DNA of 64,000 bases, from contig JAHFGL010000004.1 of assembly GCA_023247445.1 (NCBI GenBank), forward strand, positions 1,520 to 65,519, read 5' to 3'. Shown here in pieces: positions 45,911 through 56,214 of the stretch. The notes below the pieces were generated by a model. It did not search any database. It was not told the origin of the DNA and saw nothing but the letters and a program-made list of their open reading frames with translations. The translations under genes and the position numbers were made by a program. Numbering within the stretch: position 1 is the first letter of the stretch; each line of letters begins with the position of its first letter. The stretch is from Candidatus Omnitrophota bacterium (GTDB lineage: Bacteria > Omnitrophota > Gorgyraeia > Zapsychrales > Zapsychraceae).

Positions 45911-48900
45911 ATGATTGAGAAAATTATTGATGCCTGTGCTCGTCAGAAGTTTTTGGTCTTACTTTTTGTAACGGCCGCTATTGTGGCTTCGATATGGTCA
46001 GTCAAAAATATTCCACTGGATGCTATCCCTGATCTTTCCGACACCCAAGTGATCATTTATTCCAAATGGGATCGCAGTCCAGATATTATTGAAGATCAAG
46101 TTACCTATCCAATCATATCGTCCTTATTGGGAACTCCTGGCGTCAAAGCAATCCGCGGATTTTCTGATTTTGGATTCTCTTATGTTTATGTCATTTTTAA
46201 AGATGGCACAGATCCTTATTGGGCGCGAAGTCGTGTCTTAGAATATTTAAGTAAAATTTCCTCTCAGTTGCCCGAGGGCGTTAAGACAGAATTAGGTCCT
46301 GATGCCACGGGGGTGGGTTGGGTTTTGCAATATGCACTTGTGGACACTAGCGGTACGCATGATTTGGCACAGCTGCGTAGTTTTCAAGATTGGCATTTGC
46401 GTTATTGGTTGGGGTCGGTGCCCGGTGTTGCTGAAGTAGCTTCCCAAGGCGGCTTTGTCAAACAATATCAAATCACCGTCGACCCAAGAAAATTGCTAGC
46501 CTACAATATTCCTATCAATAGAGTCATCGAGTCCGTGCGTTTGGGTAATCAAGAAACCAGCGGTCGACTCGTTGAATTTACCGGCGCGGAATATATGATT
46601 CGCGGTCACGGCTACGCCAAGTCTATTGATGATTTAGAGCAGATCGTTCTGGGGGTGGATGCTCATGGCACACCGATTGTTATTAAAGATGTTGCTCATG
46701 TTGCTTTAGGAGGTGAAACACGGCGTGGAATTTTGGATTTAAATGGCCAGGGTGATGTTGTTGGCGGAACCATTGTAATGCGTCAGGGAGAGAATGCGTT
46801 AAGAGTTATTGAGGCTGTTAAAACCAAACTTAAGGAGATTGAACCTTCATTGCCGCCAGGCGTCAAGATCGATATCACCTATGATCGTTCTGATCTTATC
46901 TTACGCGCTATTGATCATCTTAAAAAGCAACTGATAGAAGAAATGATCATTGTCAGTTTAGTTATTCTAATTTTCTTATGGCATTTCCCGTCAGCATTTA
47001 TTCCGATTGTCACCATTCCGATTGCGGTCTTGATCGCTTTTATTCCTTTGCTCGGAATGAAATTAACATCGAATATCATGTCGTTGGCAGGCATTGCCAT
47101 ATCAATCGGGATTTTAGTTGATGGGGCGATTGTGCAAATGGAAAATGTTTATAAACGCCTGGAAGAATGGGAGGCCGGTGGTAGGCGAGAAGATCCAAAA
47201 GAAGTGGCGCTTAAAGCGATTAAGGAAGTTGCGCCATCGGTATTTTTTGCGCTACTGGTCATCGCTGTATCATTTTTTCCAATCTTTACACTTCTTGATC
47301 AGGAAGGACGGTTGTTTAAACCACTAGCCTGGTCAAAAACATTTGCCATGGCGGTCGCAGCGATTTTAGTTGTGACGCTTAATCCAGCGCTGCGCCTGAT
47401 GTTTGTGCGCACTAAACCTTTTACCAAAGGTCCTGGCTGGTTGAGGAGTTTAGGGAATACATTATTTATTGGCCGCTATTATCCCGAGGAGAAACATCCC
47501 ATAAGCCGGGTGTTATTTCGTGTGTATGAACCTATCTGTCGGTTTGTCCTTAATCACGCCAAAATGACAATTATCATTGCTTTGTTATTAATGGCCAGTG
47601 TGATTCCAATTCTTTTACCTCACGGAAATTTTAAGTTTAAGGGGATTTCTTTGCCACATACATTAGGATCGGAATTTATGCCGCCGTTATGGGAAGGGCA
47701 AATTTTATATATGCCTATCACTATGCCGGGAATTTCAGTAACGGAAGCCCAAAAGTTATTACAAAATCAGGACAAGATTCTTAAAAGTTTTCCAGAAGTG
47801 GATAAGGTTTTTGGCAAAGCCGGACGGATGGAAAGCTCAACGGATCCTGCGCCATTATCAATGATGGAAACGGTCGTGTTGCTCAAGCCGGAAAGCGAGT
47901 GGCGCATCGTTAATGGCCGTCCAATTACCCATGAACAACTGATTGAAGAAATGGATCAAACGCTAAGAATTCCCGGAACCAGCAATTCTTGGACGATGCC
48001 GATTAAAAATCGTATTGACATGCTTTCAACGGGAATTCGCACACCCATTGGAATTAAAATTTTAGGTGCTGATTTTAAAGAAATTGATAGAATGGGCATG
48101 GCCTTAGAGGCGTTATTAAAAAATGTCCCCGGCACGCGCAGTGTTTTTGCTGAACGCACGCAGGGCGGATATTTTTTAGACTTTGATCTTAAACGCCAAG
48201 AGCTTGCACGTTACGGATTGTCCGTTGCCGATGCCGAAATGTCGATTCAATCGGCCATTGGTGGCGAAAATATTGCGACGACTGTTGAGGGTCGGGAAAG
48301 ATATAGCATCAATGTCCGTTATCCGCGTGAATTTCGCGATAATGTGGATCAATTAAGCCGTGTCCTTGTGGCAACACCATCGGGCGCGCAAATTGCTCTG
48401 GGACAAATCGCAAATATTGTTGTGCGCACGGGACCGGCGATGATCCGCAATGAAAATGGGATGCTTGCTGGTTATGTGTATGTTGATGTGGCCGGCCGTG
48501 ACATTGGAACCTATGTTGAAGAGGCAAAGAAGAAAGTCGCCACTGAGTTTAAACTGTCGCAAGGATACACGTTAATCTGGAGCGGACAGTATGAGAATAT
48601 GCTTCGTGTCCGTGAGCGACTTAAGATTGTTGTCCCACTGACACTTTTTATTATTGTTCTTTTACTTTATTTCAACACAAAATCATGGGTTAAAACTGGT
48701 ATTGTTTTATTAGCCGTGCCGTTTTCGTTAATCGGTGCATTTTGGTTATTATGGATACTCAAATACAATCTATCGATTGCAGTTTGGGTTGGGATGATTG
48801 CCTTGATGGGACTCGACGCGGAAACGGGTGTCTTGATGTTACTTTTTCTTGATATTGCTTATAAAGATGCCGTGCGTAAAAATGCCATGAAAACGATCGG

Positions 48901-49159
48901 TGATTTGCGCGAGGCCATCATTGTTGGAGCGGTTAGGCGCGTACGACCCAAAATGATGACGGTGGCAGCCGCTTTACTAGGCTTATTGCCGATTATGTTT
49001 TCGCATGGAGCCGGAGCCGATGTTATGAAACGGATCGCCGCGCCCATGGTGGGAGGTTTAACGACGTCGTTTATTTTGGAATTGCTTGTTTACCCGGCTG
49101 TCTATTTTCTTTGGAAATCGCATTTTGAATTAAAGAATAATAAACCTCAAATAACATAA
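45911..49159 (+). CDS. cusA: CusA/SilA Cu(I)/Ag(I) RND efflux pump
   Basis: LDAIPDLSDTQVI, EFMPPLWEG, PAPLSMMET, RVRPKMMT. Confidence 0.95.
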   Translation: MIEKIIDACARQKFLVLLFVTAAIVASIWSVKNIPLDAIPDLSDTQVIIYSKWDRSPDIIEDQVTYPIISSLLGTPGVKAIRGFSDFGFSYVYVIFKDGTDPYWARSRVLEYLSKISSQLPEGVKTELGPDATGVGWVLQYALVDTSGTHDLAQLRSFQDWHLRYWLGSVPGVAEVASQGGFVKQYQITVDPRKLLAYNIPINRVIESVRLGNQETSGRLVEFTGAEYMIRGHGYAKSIDDLEQIVLGVDAHGTPIVIKDVAHVALGGETRRGILDLNGQGDVVGGTIVMRQGENALRVIEAVKTKLKEIEPSLPPGVKIDITYDRSDLILRAIDHLKKQLIEEMIIVSLVILIFLWHFPSAFIPIVTIPIAVLIAFIPLLGMKLTSNIMSLAGIAISIGILVDGAIVQMENVYKRLEEWEAGGRREDPKEVALKAIKEVAPSVFFALLVIAVSFFPIFTLLDQEGRLFKPLAWSKTFAMAVAAILVVTLNPALRLMFVRTKPFTKGPGWLRSLGNTLFIGRYYPEEKHPISRVLFRVYEPICRFVLNHAKMTIIIALLLMASVIPILLPHGNFKFKGISLPHTLGSEFMPPLWEGQILYMPITMPGISVTEAQKLLQNQDKILKSFPEVDKVFGKAGRMESSTDPAPLSMMETVVLLKPESEWRIVNGRPITHEQLIEEMDQTLRIPGTSNSWTMPIKNRIDMLSTGIRTPIGIKILGADFKEIDRMGMALEALLKNVPGTRSVFAERTQGGYFLDFDLKRQELARYGLSVADAEMSIQSAIGGENIATTVEGRERYSINVRYPREFRDNVDQLSRVLVATPSGAQIALGQIANIVVRTGPAMIRNENGMLAGYVYVDVAGRDIGTYVEEAKKKVATEFKLSQGYTLIWSGQYENMLRVRERLKIVVPLTLFIIVLLLYFNTKSWVKTGIVLLAVPFSLIGAFWLLWILKYNLSIAVWVGMIALMGLDAETGVLMLLFLDIAYKDAVRKNAMKTIGDLREAIIVGAVRRVRPKMMTVAAALLGLLPIMFSHGAGADVMKRIAAPMVGGLTTSFILELLVYPAVYFLWKSHFELKNNKPQIT

Positions 49160-49179
49160 AGCAAAAAGGAGGAAGTACA

Positions 49180-49524
49180 ATGAAAACAAAATTATTTGTT
49201 TTAATCTTGATGGCCGTCTTTTTAAGGCTCGATGGGGCTATCGCGAGCAGTGAAGAAATTGCCGTCGCGGTCGTAGAAAAAGACAAGGCTGCTGTGGAAG
49301 TTGTCGATGTCGGTAATAAAATTTGTCCAATTTCCGGGGAGAAAGTCGGCGAAATGGGTGAGATTGTAAAGCATGAATATAATGGCAAGTCGTATAATTT
49401 ATGCTGTAGTATGTGTCTTAGAGATTTTAAGAATGATCCAGAAAAGTTTAGCAGAATAGCCGAAGATGAAGTTGCAAAAGAAGCGGTGGTAGACAATTCT
49501 GAAAAAGTTCAAGAACAAAAATAA
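49180..49524 (+). CDS. Exported YHS/TRASH-like metal-binding protein
   Basis: NKICPISGE...YNGKSYNLCCSMC...F.NDPEKF; AGGAGG RBS. Confidence 0.85.
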   Translation: MKTKLFVLILMAVFLRLDGAIASSEEIAVAVVEKDKAAVEVVDVGNKICPISGEKVGEMGEIVKHEYNGKSYNLCCSMCLRDFKNDPEKFSRIAEDEVAKEAVVDNSEKVQEQK

Positions 49525-49538
49525 AATCAAATTACTTT

Positions 49539-49667
49539 AAATATTGAATTGTTTCTGGAGGGACGTCGGTCCAACGAGCCGCATGGATTCAGGCGAGGAA
49601 GGACCGCCGAGCGAAGCTTGCCTCGCAGGGGCAAGCGAGCGATCCCGGAAGAAACAATTCAATATTT
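49539..49667. repeat. MITE/REP-like GC-rich element with perfect 18-bp terminal inverted repeats
   Basis: AAATATTGAATTGTTTCT...AGAAACAATTCAATATTT enclosing internal hairpins. Confidence 0.78.
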
Positions 49668-49699
49668 TTAGATTAATTTTAGAAACTGGAAAAAAGTTT

Positions 49700-50866
49700 A
49701 TGCAAGATCCCATCTGCGGGATGAGTGTTAGTGAAAAGAGTTCTCTACGATTAACCGTCAGCGGCCAAACCTATTATTTCTGCAGCGAACATTGTCTGAA
49801 GAAGTTTGCTAGCCAAAATAAAGTTGATGCTGATATGGTTTCCTCATGCGCGGGTTCTACGAGCCTTCCATGGTACAAAAATAAAACTTTACTGACCGCG
49901 GCCATTCTTCTTTTATTGTATGTATCATCGTATTTCCTTCCAATCTTGGGGCCTTTTAAGCAATCGCTAACGATGTATTTTCAAAAAGCCTGGTGGGCGA
50001 TTGCCTTAGGACTTATTCTCGGTGGGATCATTGATTATCTTGTTCCTCGCGAATACATTTCATATGTCTTGGCCCGCCGGAAGAAACGCACGATTGTCTA
50101 CTCGGTTATGTTGGGCTTTTTGATGAGCGTTTGTAATCACGGCATTCTAGCTATTTCGATGGAGCTTTATAAAAAGGGGGCTTCCACCTCAGCGGTCATT
50201 GCTTTTTTGCTCGCAAGTCCCTGGGCAAATTTGCCAATAACATTAATGCTCATCGGTTTTTTCGGATTCCTTAAAGCTATTTATATTATCGTAGTTGCCA
50301 TTATTATCGCTTTAGTCACAGGATATATTTATCAATTTCTCGAGAGGCGTCAGCTTGTTGAAACTAATTCACAAAGCCTGATGTTCGAGGAAGATTTTTC
50401 TATTATGAAAGATATTCAAAAAAGATGGAGTGATGTGGAATTTTCTTCAGATTATTTAAAAGAAACGGCACACGGCATTTATGGGGGAGTGGTTGCGTTG
50501 AGCAATATGGTTCTCTGGTGGATTTTAATTGGCATTGGTATTGCAAGTTTTGCCGGTGCATATATCCCGCCGCATTTTTTTCATCAATATATGGGACCAA
50601 CGGTTTTGGGACTTGTTGTGACACTTATTATGGCCACTATTTTGGAAGTCTGCTCGGAAGGCACCGCGCCCTTGGCCTTTGAAATATTTAGGCAAACCGG
50701 CGCCTTGGGAAATAGTTTGGTGTTTCTGATGGCCGGAGTCGCGACCGACTATACAGAAATTGGTCTTATTTGGCACAACATTGGCCGTCGGGCGGCACTA
50801 TGGTTGCCGGCAATTACTGTTCCTCAAATAATACTTTTTGGTATATTGGCTAATATTATTTTTTAA
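49700..50866 (+). CDS. YHS domain + ArsP/DUF318-like permease
   Basis: MQDPICGM...YYFCSEHC, SVCNHG, AFLLASP, EVCSEG. Confidence 0.85.
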   Translation: MQDPICGMSVSEKSSLRLTVSGQTYYFCSEHCLKKFASQNKVDADMVSSCAGSTSLPWYKNKTLLTAAILLLLYVSSYFLPILGPFKQSLTMYFQKAWWAIALGLILGGIIDYLVPREYISYVLARRKKRTIVYSVMLGFLMSVCNHGILAISMELYKKGASTSAVIAFLLASPWANLPITLMLIGFFGFLKAIYIIVVAIIIALVTGYIYQFLERRQLVETNSQSLMFEEDFSIMKDIQKRWSDVEFSSDYLKETAHGIYGGVVALSNMVLWWILIGIGIASFAGAYIPPHFFHQYMGPTVLGLVVTLIMATILEVCSEGTAPLAFEIFRQTGALGNSLVFLMAGVATDYTEIGLIWHNIGRRAALWLPAITVPQIILFGILANIIF

Positions 50867-50884
50867 CCTGTGTATAATGACGTT

Positions 50885-51559
50885 ATGAAGAAATTTATTA
50901 AATTCATTTTACAGTTACTTTTTTTTGCCCTTCTTACCTTCATCGGTTATAAAGCCTTTTGGCAATATCAACATGAAAATCGGATTCTCAAACAAGTGAT
51001 TGAGCGACTACAAGCCGATTCACGGGTAGCAGAGGTTTTAGTGACCGGCGTTAATTATGATGAAAAATCGGCTAAGACCTTTACAACGATTAAATTTTTA
51101 GAATACGACATCGATAACAAAGCGCTTGAACCAAAATATTTTACTTTCTCCGGAAATATTATCCAATTCCAGTCGCTGGTCATCCGCTTTGATGATATTT
51201 ATGTCCGTAACGCTGATCGTCTGCGCGGCAAAAGCGCGTTTATTTTTTGGAAAGTTTTTATGCTCGACGGCCGAAACACACAGGAATATGAGATTAATAA
51301 AATGTATGACACGCCCCAAGGATACAAATTAAACGATATAAAGGACCCATTTGAAGATCGTTTATGGAAAGATTTCTGGATTTACGCGCTTAACCCCGAT
51401 CGCGCCAAACGTAGTGGCGTTAAAAATGCCCAGATTGAAGCTCCCGGAACGATGTTTGTTCCTGGACATCTCTACACACTTAAAATTGAACATGATGGTG
51501 GACTGCGAATTGATTCATTGCCGCTTCCCGTCATTTTGCATGGCGAAAAAATTCCCTAA
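50885..51559 (+). CDS. Conserved hypothetical membrane-anchored protein
   Basis: N-terminal TM segment, long ORF, operon spacing. Confidence 0.75.
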   Translation: MKKFIKFILQLLFFALLTFIGYKAFWQYQHENRILKQVIERLQADSRVAEVLVTGVNYDEKSAKTFTTIKFLEYDIDNKALEPKYFTFSGNIIQFQSLVIRFDDIYVRNADRLRGKSAFIFWKVFMLDGRNTQEYEINKMYDTPQGYKLNDIKDPFEDRLWKDFWIYALNPDRAKRSGVKNAQIEAPGTMFVPGHLYTLKIEHDGGLRIDSLPLPVILHGEKIP

Positions 51560-51634
51560 ATCCTTGCTGGATTTATTTACTAAAGAGCTATAATGCCATC
51601 AAAGAATATTAATCCTTTTAAAGGGGAGGACATC

Positions 51635-52258
51635 ATGATGTTAACAAGAAATTTATTCGTTATTATATTTGTTTGTCTTTTAATCAGTCCTGCTTTTTCT
51701 GAAGATGGGGTTTTGGTTTCTGGACCATCAAGAACCCAGTCGTTCTCTCCATCCCAAACTCTTTCAACGAATGAACAGATTGTCCAACAAACGATCATGG
51801 CCGCTTATCAGCAAGCAGTGGCAAACGTCGTCCAGAAACAGATTGTTCAACAAAAGTTAAATATCGCCCAAGGAGTTGTTCAGGAGGTAATTGGCCAAAC
51901 CGTTCTTCAAGGATTAAAAGAACAGGCGGTTACGCAGGCTCTTAGGCAAGCATATGCGCAAGGGATAAGCCAAGTTGTTAATCAGCGCCAACAGCAAATT
52001 ACGCAAGAAGTCATTAAACGTAATATTGCCGCTAGTGTCGAACAGGCGCTTAGAAAATCGATGATGGAACAAGTGTATAAACAGGTTGCCCAAAAAGTTA
52101 TTGAGCAACGAATCCTTCAAGAACAAGCCGTGCTTCAACAACAGCTTCAGCAGCGTGTAGGAGCGGCGATTATGCAGCAGCGACAGCAAGCCATGCAGCA
52201 GGCTCTTGCCAAGCAATATGAGCAGGCTTTACTACAAACCCTCGCCAGTCAACGCTAG
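51635..52258 (+). CDS. Exported glutamine-rich coiled-coil protein
   Basis: GGAGGA RBS, signal peptide (PAFS), Q/A/V-rich helical repeats. Confidence 0.75.
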   Translation: MMLTRNLFVIIFVCLLISPAFSEDGVLVSGPSRTQSFSPSQTLSTNEQIVQQTIMAAYQQAVANVVQKQIVQQKLNIAQGVVQEVIGQTVLQGLKEQAVTQALRQAYAQGISQVVNQRQQQITQEVIKRNIAASVEQALRKSMMEQVYKQVAQKVIEQRILQEQAVLQQQLQQRVGAAIMQQRQQAMQQALAKQYEQALLQTLASQR

Positions 52259-52312
52259 AGAAGGACCCGAAGGAAAATTGTCTCTTCGTGAAATAACGTA
52301 TATACTTTCCCT

Positions 52313-54229
52313 ATGAGAATCCATTCTCAGCCTTTTTATAAGTCGATTGATATTTTAAATTCGGCTTTGATTCTTGTGTGCATAACTTATGCGCTTGGGA
52401 TCGTTTCTGACATTTCCTTCCTTCAGGATTTAGGAATCCTATCGTTGCTACTGCTTATTCCTTTGAAGGTATTTCTTTATTGTGGCATTTATGGAATATT
52501 AGTAGAAATAGCAAGTAAAGAGGAGGTATTGGTAAAGTTTGATCATTGGAAAGATTATGTTCGGCGATTTTGGAAAATTTACAGTATTTTGCTGGTTGTT
52601 CCTTTTTTTATTCATCTGCCATTAACCTTACTCGTCCCGTATTTTAAAAGCTTGCCTATCACTGTTGTGGTTTTTCAGTTTAATATTATTGCCTTATTTA
52701 TTTTAGCTAAGACAATCATTGCTAAGAAATATATCCAGCCTCTGGGCCTATCCGCACGGCCGATTGTCATTGATCTAAAAATAGCGGGAACGATTCTTGG
52801 GATCTACGCAATCGATATGGCCGTATTTTATTTGCCACAATTTATTGACGGCGGGCCACTTTATTTACCGAATATTTTAGGGTTTGTATCGGAATTAATC
52901 CATTACATGGAGTTTCTAATATTTGTCGTCGTTATTTTGGATGGGTATCCTGAAATTGAGAAACATCTTACTCCCGAGCGAGAATTATATATTATCAGCC
53001 CACCGAATGCCGGAGTTCGCGATAGTTTGGGATCCATTATTTATAAGCCGAATCCGGCGGTTTTTGTTGTTTTAAAGGCTTTGACTCCCAAAAATTATCG
53101 GATTCGACTATTTAATCGTGTGCCCTGGCAAAATAGGTTTTATAAAAGTAATGTTTTGGTCGCGATCACCTGCTTTACTGGGAATAGTTTTGAGGCTTAC
53201 AAAATTGCGAAAGAATTTAAAGAGAGCGGGGCAACCGTCATTATGGGCGGCCCGCATGTGACGTATTTACCGGATGAGGCTTTAGGATATTGCGATAGTG
53301 TTGTTATCGGAGAGGCGGAGGGGGTTTGGAAACAATTGATTACGGATTACGAAAATAATTCTTTGAAGAAGAAATATGTCGGTGCCGCCGAGGATAAATA
53401 CTATGAAGAGGTGCATCAAGAATTGCTTATGTCATCGCCAGAGGTGATCAGAGATTTTCTTGAGACGACACGTGGATGTAAATTTAAATGTCATTTTTGC
53501 ACTATTCCTGGATTAAGTAGCGGCCGAACACGGACAAAACCAACATTCCAGCTTGTTGAGTTGATTGAAAAGATTAAACATAAATATAATTCGGTATCTT
53601 TTATTGATAACAATATTTACAGTGATCCTGCTTACGCGAAAGAATTGTTTACTGCTTTAAAACCGCTTAAGGTTAAATGGCGAACGGCGTGTACCATTGA
53701 TATCGTTAAGAATGAAGAATTGCTCAAACTTGCCAAAGACAGCGGATGCGAGTTGCTTTTATTTGGTTACGAGATTTTTGGTAGTTCATCTGAAAAAGGT
53801 CAAGGAGGAAAATTCGCTTTAGCTGAAAAATATATTCAATTAACGGATGCCGTCAAGAAGATGGGGATCCGAGTTAAGGGGAGTTTCGTCTTTGGGTGGG
53901 ATACGGATCGGCTCCGAGACTTAATTACGTTATGGAAATTTTGTTTGAAGATCCGTCCTGAGATAACCGTCATCAATTTATTGACACCAATCCCTGGGTC
54001 CCATACGTATGACGATATGCTCAAAGAAAATTCTATTACAAATCTTAATTGGCGCAGTTACTCTTTCCATAATTTTGTTTTTAAACATAAGCATATTAAT
54101 CGACGTGTGTTGGATTTATTGTTTCCTATTCTTCGTCCATTTTTTATGTTTACGACTTCGCGTATGGGCTTTTCTGCGCTTTTCTTGTTAGTCGTGGTTA
54201 TAAGTTTGTCAGTTATGTTTAAACTCTAA
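52313..54229 (+). CDS. Membrane-embedded B12-binding radical SAM protein, paralog 1
   Basis: N-terminal TM bundle, MGGPHVT, VIGEAE, RGCKFKCHFC, FIDNN, LTPIPGS. Confidence 0.88.
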   Translation: MRIHSQPFYKSIDILNSALILVCITYALGIVSDISFLQDLGILSLLLLIPLKVFLYCGIYGILVEIASKEEVLVKFDHWKDYVRRFWKIYSILLVVPFFIHLPLTLLVPYFKSLPITVVVFQFNIIALFILAKTIIAKKYIQPLGLSARPIVIDLKIAGTILGIYAIDMAVFYLPQFIDGGPLYLPNILGFVSELIHYMEFLIFVVVILDGYPEIEKHLTPERELYIISPPNAGVRDSLGSIIYKPNPAVFVVLKALTPKNYRIRLFNRVPWQNRFYKSNVLVAITCFTGNSFEAYKIAKEFKESGATVIMGGPHVTYLPDEALGYCDSVVIGEAEGVWKQLITDYENNSLKKKYVGAAEDKYYEEVHQELLMSSPEVIRDFLETTRGCKFKCHFCTIPGLSSGRTRTKPTFQLVELIEKIKHKYNSVSFIDNNIYSDPAYAKELFTALKPLKVKWRTACTIDIVKNEELLKLAKDSGCELLLFGYEIFGSSSEKGQGGKFALAEKYIQLTDAVKKMGIRVKGSFVFGWDTDRLRDLITLWKFCLKIRPEITVINLLTPIPGSHTYDDMLKENSITNLNWRSYSFHNFVFKHKHINRRVLDLLFPILRPFFMFTTSRMGFSALFLLVVVISLSVMFKL

Positions 54230-54283
54230 ACGTTAGGTTTAATCTCCGTTCGGCTTGAATCATTGAATTAAAGTAATGTCATT

Positions 54284-56206
54284 ATGATGTCTAAAGACAG
54301 CCCTTTAAAAACATCCTATGAAGTCTTGGCCTCGGTGCCGAGTCTTGTTCTTGTCACATACATGCTAGGATTGTTCTATGACACATCGTTTATCCAGGAT
54401 TTAGGATGGTCCGCCCTACTTCTTTTTATTTTCCTAAAAATAATTCTCTATAGCGGCATCTATGGTGTGTTGGTTGAGCTCGCCAGCGGACAGGAATTTC
54501 TAATTGACTTTAAGCAGTTTCGCCAGAACATCCGGGCCTTTTGGAAAATCTATTCCTTGTTATTGGTTGTCCCGTTTTTTATCCATTTTCCTCTAACGCT
54601 TTTATCAAACTATTTTAAAGCCTTGCCGGTCACCGTTGTTTTTACCCACTTTAATATCATCGCGCTATATATTTTAGCCAACTATATTATCGAGAAGAAA
54701 TACGTTAAACAACTGGGATTACCGAGAAGAAAAATTCCTCTGAGTATTTTTAATATTGTCGTGATTCTGGCTTTATACTTCATCGACTTAGGCGTTTTTT
54801 ATTTGCCGCAGTTTGTGATGACAGAAAAATATTACTTACCTAACTTTCTAGGGTTTCTTTCAGAGATCATTCATTATTTTCAGTTCTTGTATTTCTCGGT
54901 TTTAATCTTGAACTCCTATCCTGAAATTCAAAAGCATTTTACCCCGCAACGAGAACTCTTTTTGATCAATCCTTGGTGTGCGGGTATGTTGCGCAGTTTG
55001 GGATATGCCTTGTTTAGCCGCGGCTATCCACCGGCATTTGTTGTCCTTAAGGCCATGACACCAAAAAATTATAAAGTTCGCGAATTTAATCAAGTCATTT
55101 GGCGCAATCGCTATTACCGTGGGCATCCTTTGGTCGCCATTACATCTTATACAATGAGTAGCTTTGAAGCCTACAAGATTGCGAAGGGATATAAACAGCG
55201 AGGCGCAACTGTTGTTATGGGTGGGCCGCATGTGACATACTTACCTAAGGAGGCCTTGGAATATTGCGATAGTGTTGTTGTTGGAGAAGCCGAGGGAGTG
55301 TGGAAAGATGTCATTAAAGATTACGAAAATCATACCTTAAAGAAGGAATATACAGGCAGTGGCACCAAAGAATATCATGACCAAGTTTATCAAGAGCTTC
55401 TTAATTCTTCGCCCGATGTGATCAAAGACTTTTTAGAGACCACCCGGGGGTGTAAGTTTAAATGCCATTTTTGTACGATTCCTGGATTAAGCGGAGGCAA
55501 TGTGCGCAATAAACCAGTTTTTCAGCTGGTTGAATTGATTAGGAAAGTTAAGAAAAAATATAATCAAGTTACATTTATTGATAACAACATTTATAATGAT
55601 CCCGCGTATGCCAGGGAACTTTTCAAGGCGCTTAAACCTCTCAATATTAAGTGGCGTACGGCGTGTACCATTGATATTGCAAAGAATGAAGAGACCTTAA
55701 AGTTGGCAAAGGAAAGTGGCTGTGTAGGATTATTGGTTGGCTATGAGATCTCAGGAAATTCGCCTGATAGTCAGAATTTGCGCGGGAAGTTTTCGATGGC
55801 TGAACAATATCGGCGCTATACGCAAACGATCCAACAGCTTGGCATTGCCATTCGCGCTAATTTTATTTTTGGTTTTGAATCGGATCGGTTAAAAGATATT
55901 TGGCGGCTTTGGCGATACTGCTTATCGTTAGGAGCGAATTCAGCCGGGTTGGGTATTTTGACGCCGCTTCCGGGGTCACAGCTTTATCACGATATGCTTA
56001 TCGAGAATCGATTAACGAACCTCAACTGGTGTCGATATTCGATGTTTCAGTTGGTATTTAAACATAAATATTTAAACGATGCGGTTGTCTCAAAGGTTTT
56101 TCCTGTTGTTTCTGTTTTTTATTTATTAACTACGTCTAAGACAGGGCGGATTTTATTTTCACTCTTAATCATTTTGGCGTTATGCACAGTTTTATTTAAA
56201 CTTTAG
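54284..56206 (+). CDS. Membrane-embedded B12-binding radical SAM protein, paralog 2
   Basis: Same architecture and CxxxCxxC motif. Confidence 0.88.
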   Translation: MMSKDSPLKTSYEVLASVPSLVLVTYMLGLFYDTSFIQDLGWSALLLFIFLKIILYSGIYGVLVELASGQEFLIDFKQFRQNIRAFWKIYSLLLVVPFFIHFPLTLLSNYFKALPVTVVFTHFNIIALYILANYIIEKKYVKQLGLPRRKIPLSIFNIVVILALYFIDLGVFYLPQFVMTEKYYLPNFLGFLSEIIHYFQFLYFSVLILNSYPEIQKHFTPQRELFLINPWCAGMLRSLGYALFSRGYPPAFVVLKAMTPKNYKVREFNQVIWRNRYYRGHPLVAITSYTMSSFEAYKIAKGYKQRGATVVMGGPHVTYLPKEALEYCDSVVVGEAEGVWKDVIKDYENHTLKKEYTGSGTKEYHDQVYQELLNSSPDVIKDFLETTRGCKFKCHFCTIPGLSGGNVRNKPVFQLVELIRKVKKKYNQVTFIDNNIYNDPAYARELFKALKPLNIKWRTACTIDIAKNEETLKLAKESGCVGLLVGYEISGNSPDSQNLRGKFSMAEQYRRYTQTIQQLGIAIRANFIFGFESDRLKDIWRLWRYCLSLGANSAGLGILTPLPGSQLYHDMLIENRLTNLNWCRYSMFQLVFKHKYLNDAVVSKVFPVVSVFYLLTTSKTGRILFSLLIILALCTVLFKL

Positions 56207-56214
56207 GAACACTT

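Noticed and set aside
49544-49699. N-terminal extension of the permease in the ORF track
   Set aside because: It is read-through of the palindromic element. The YHS domain starts at ATG 49700.
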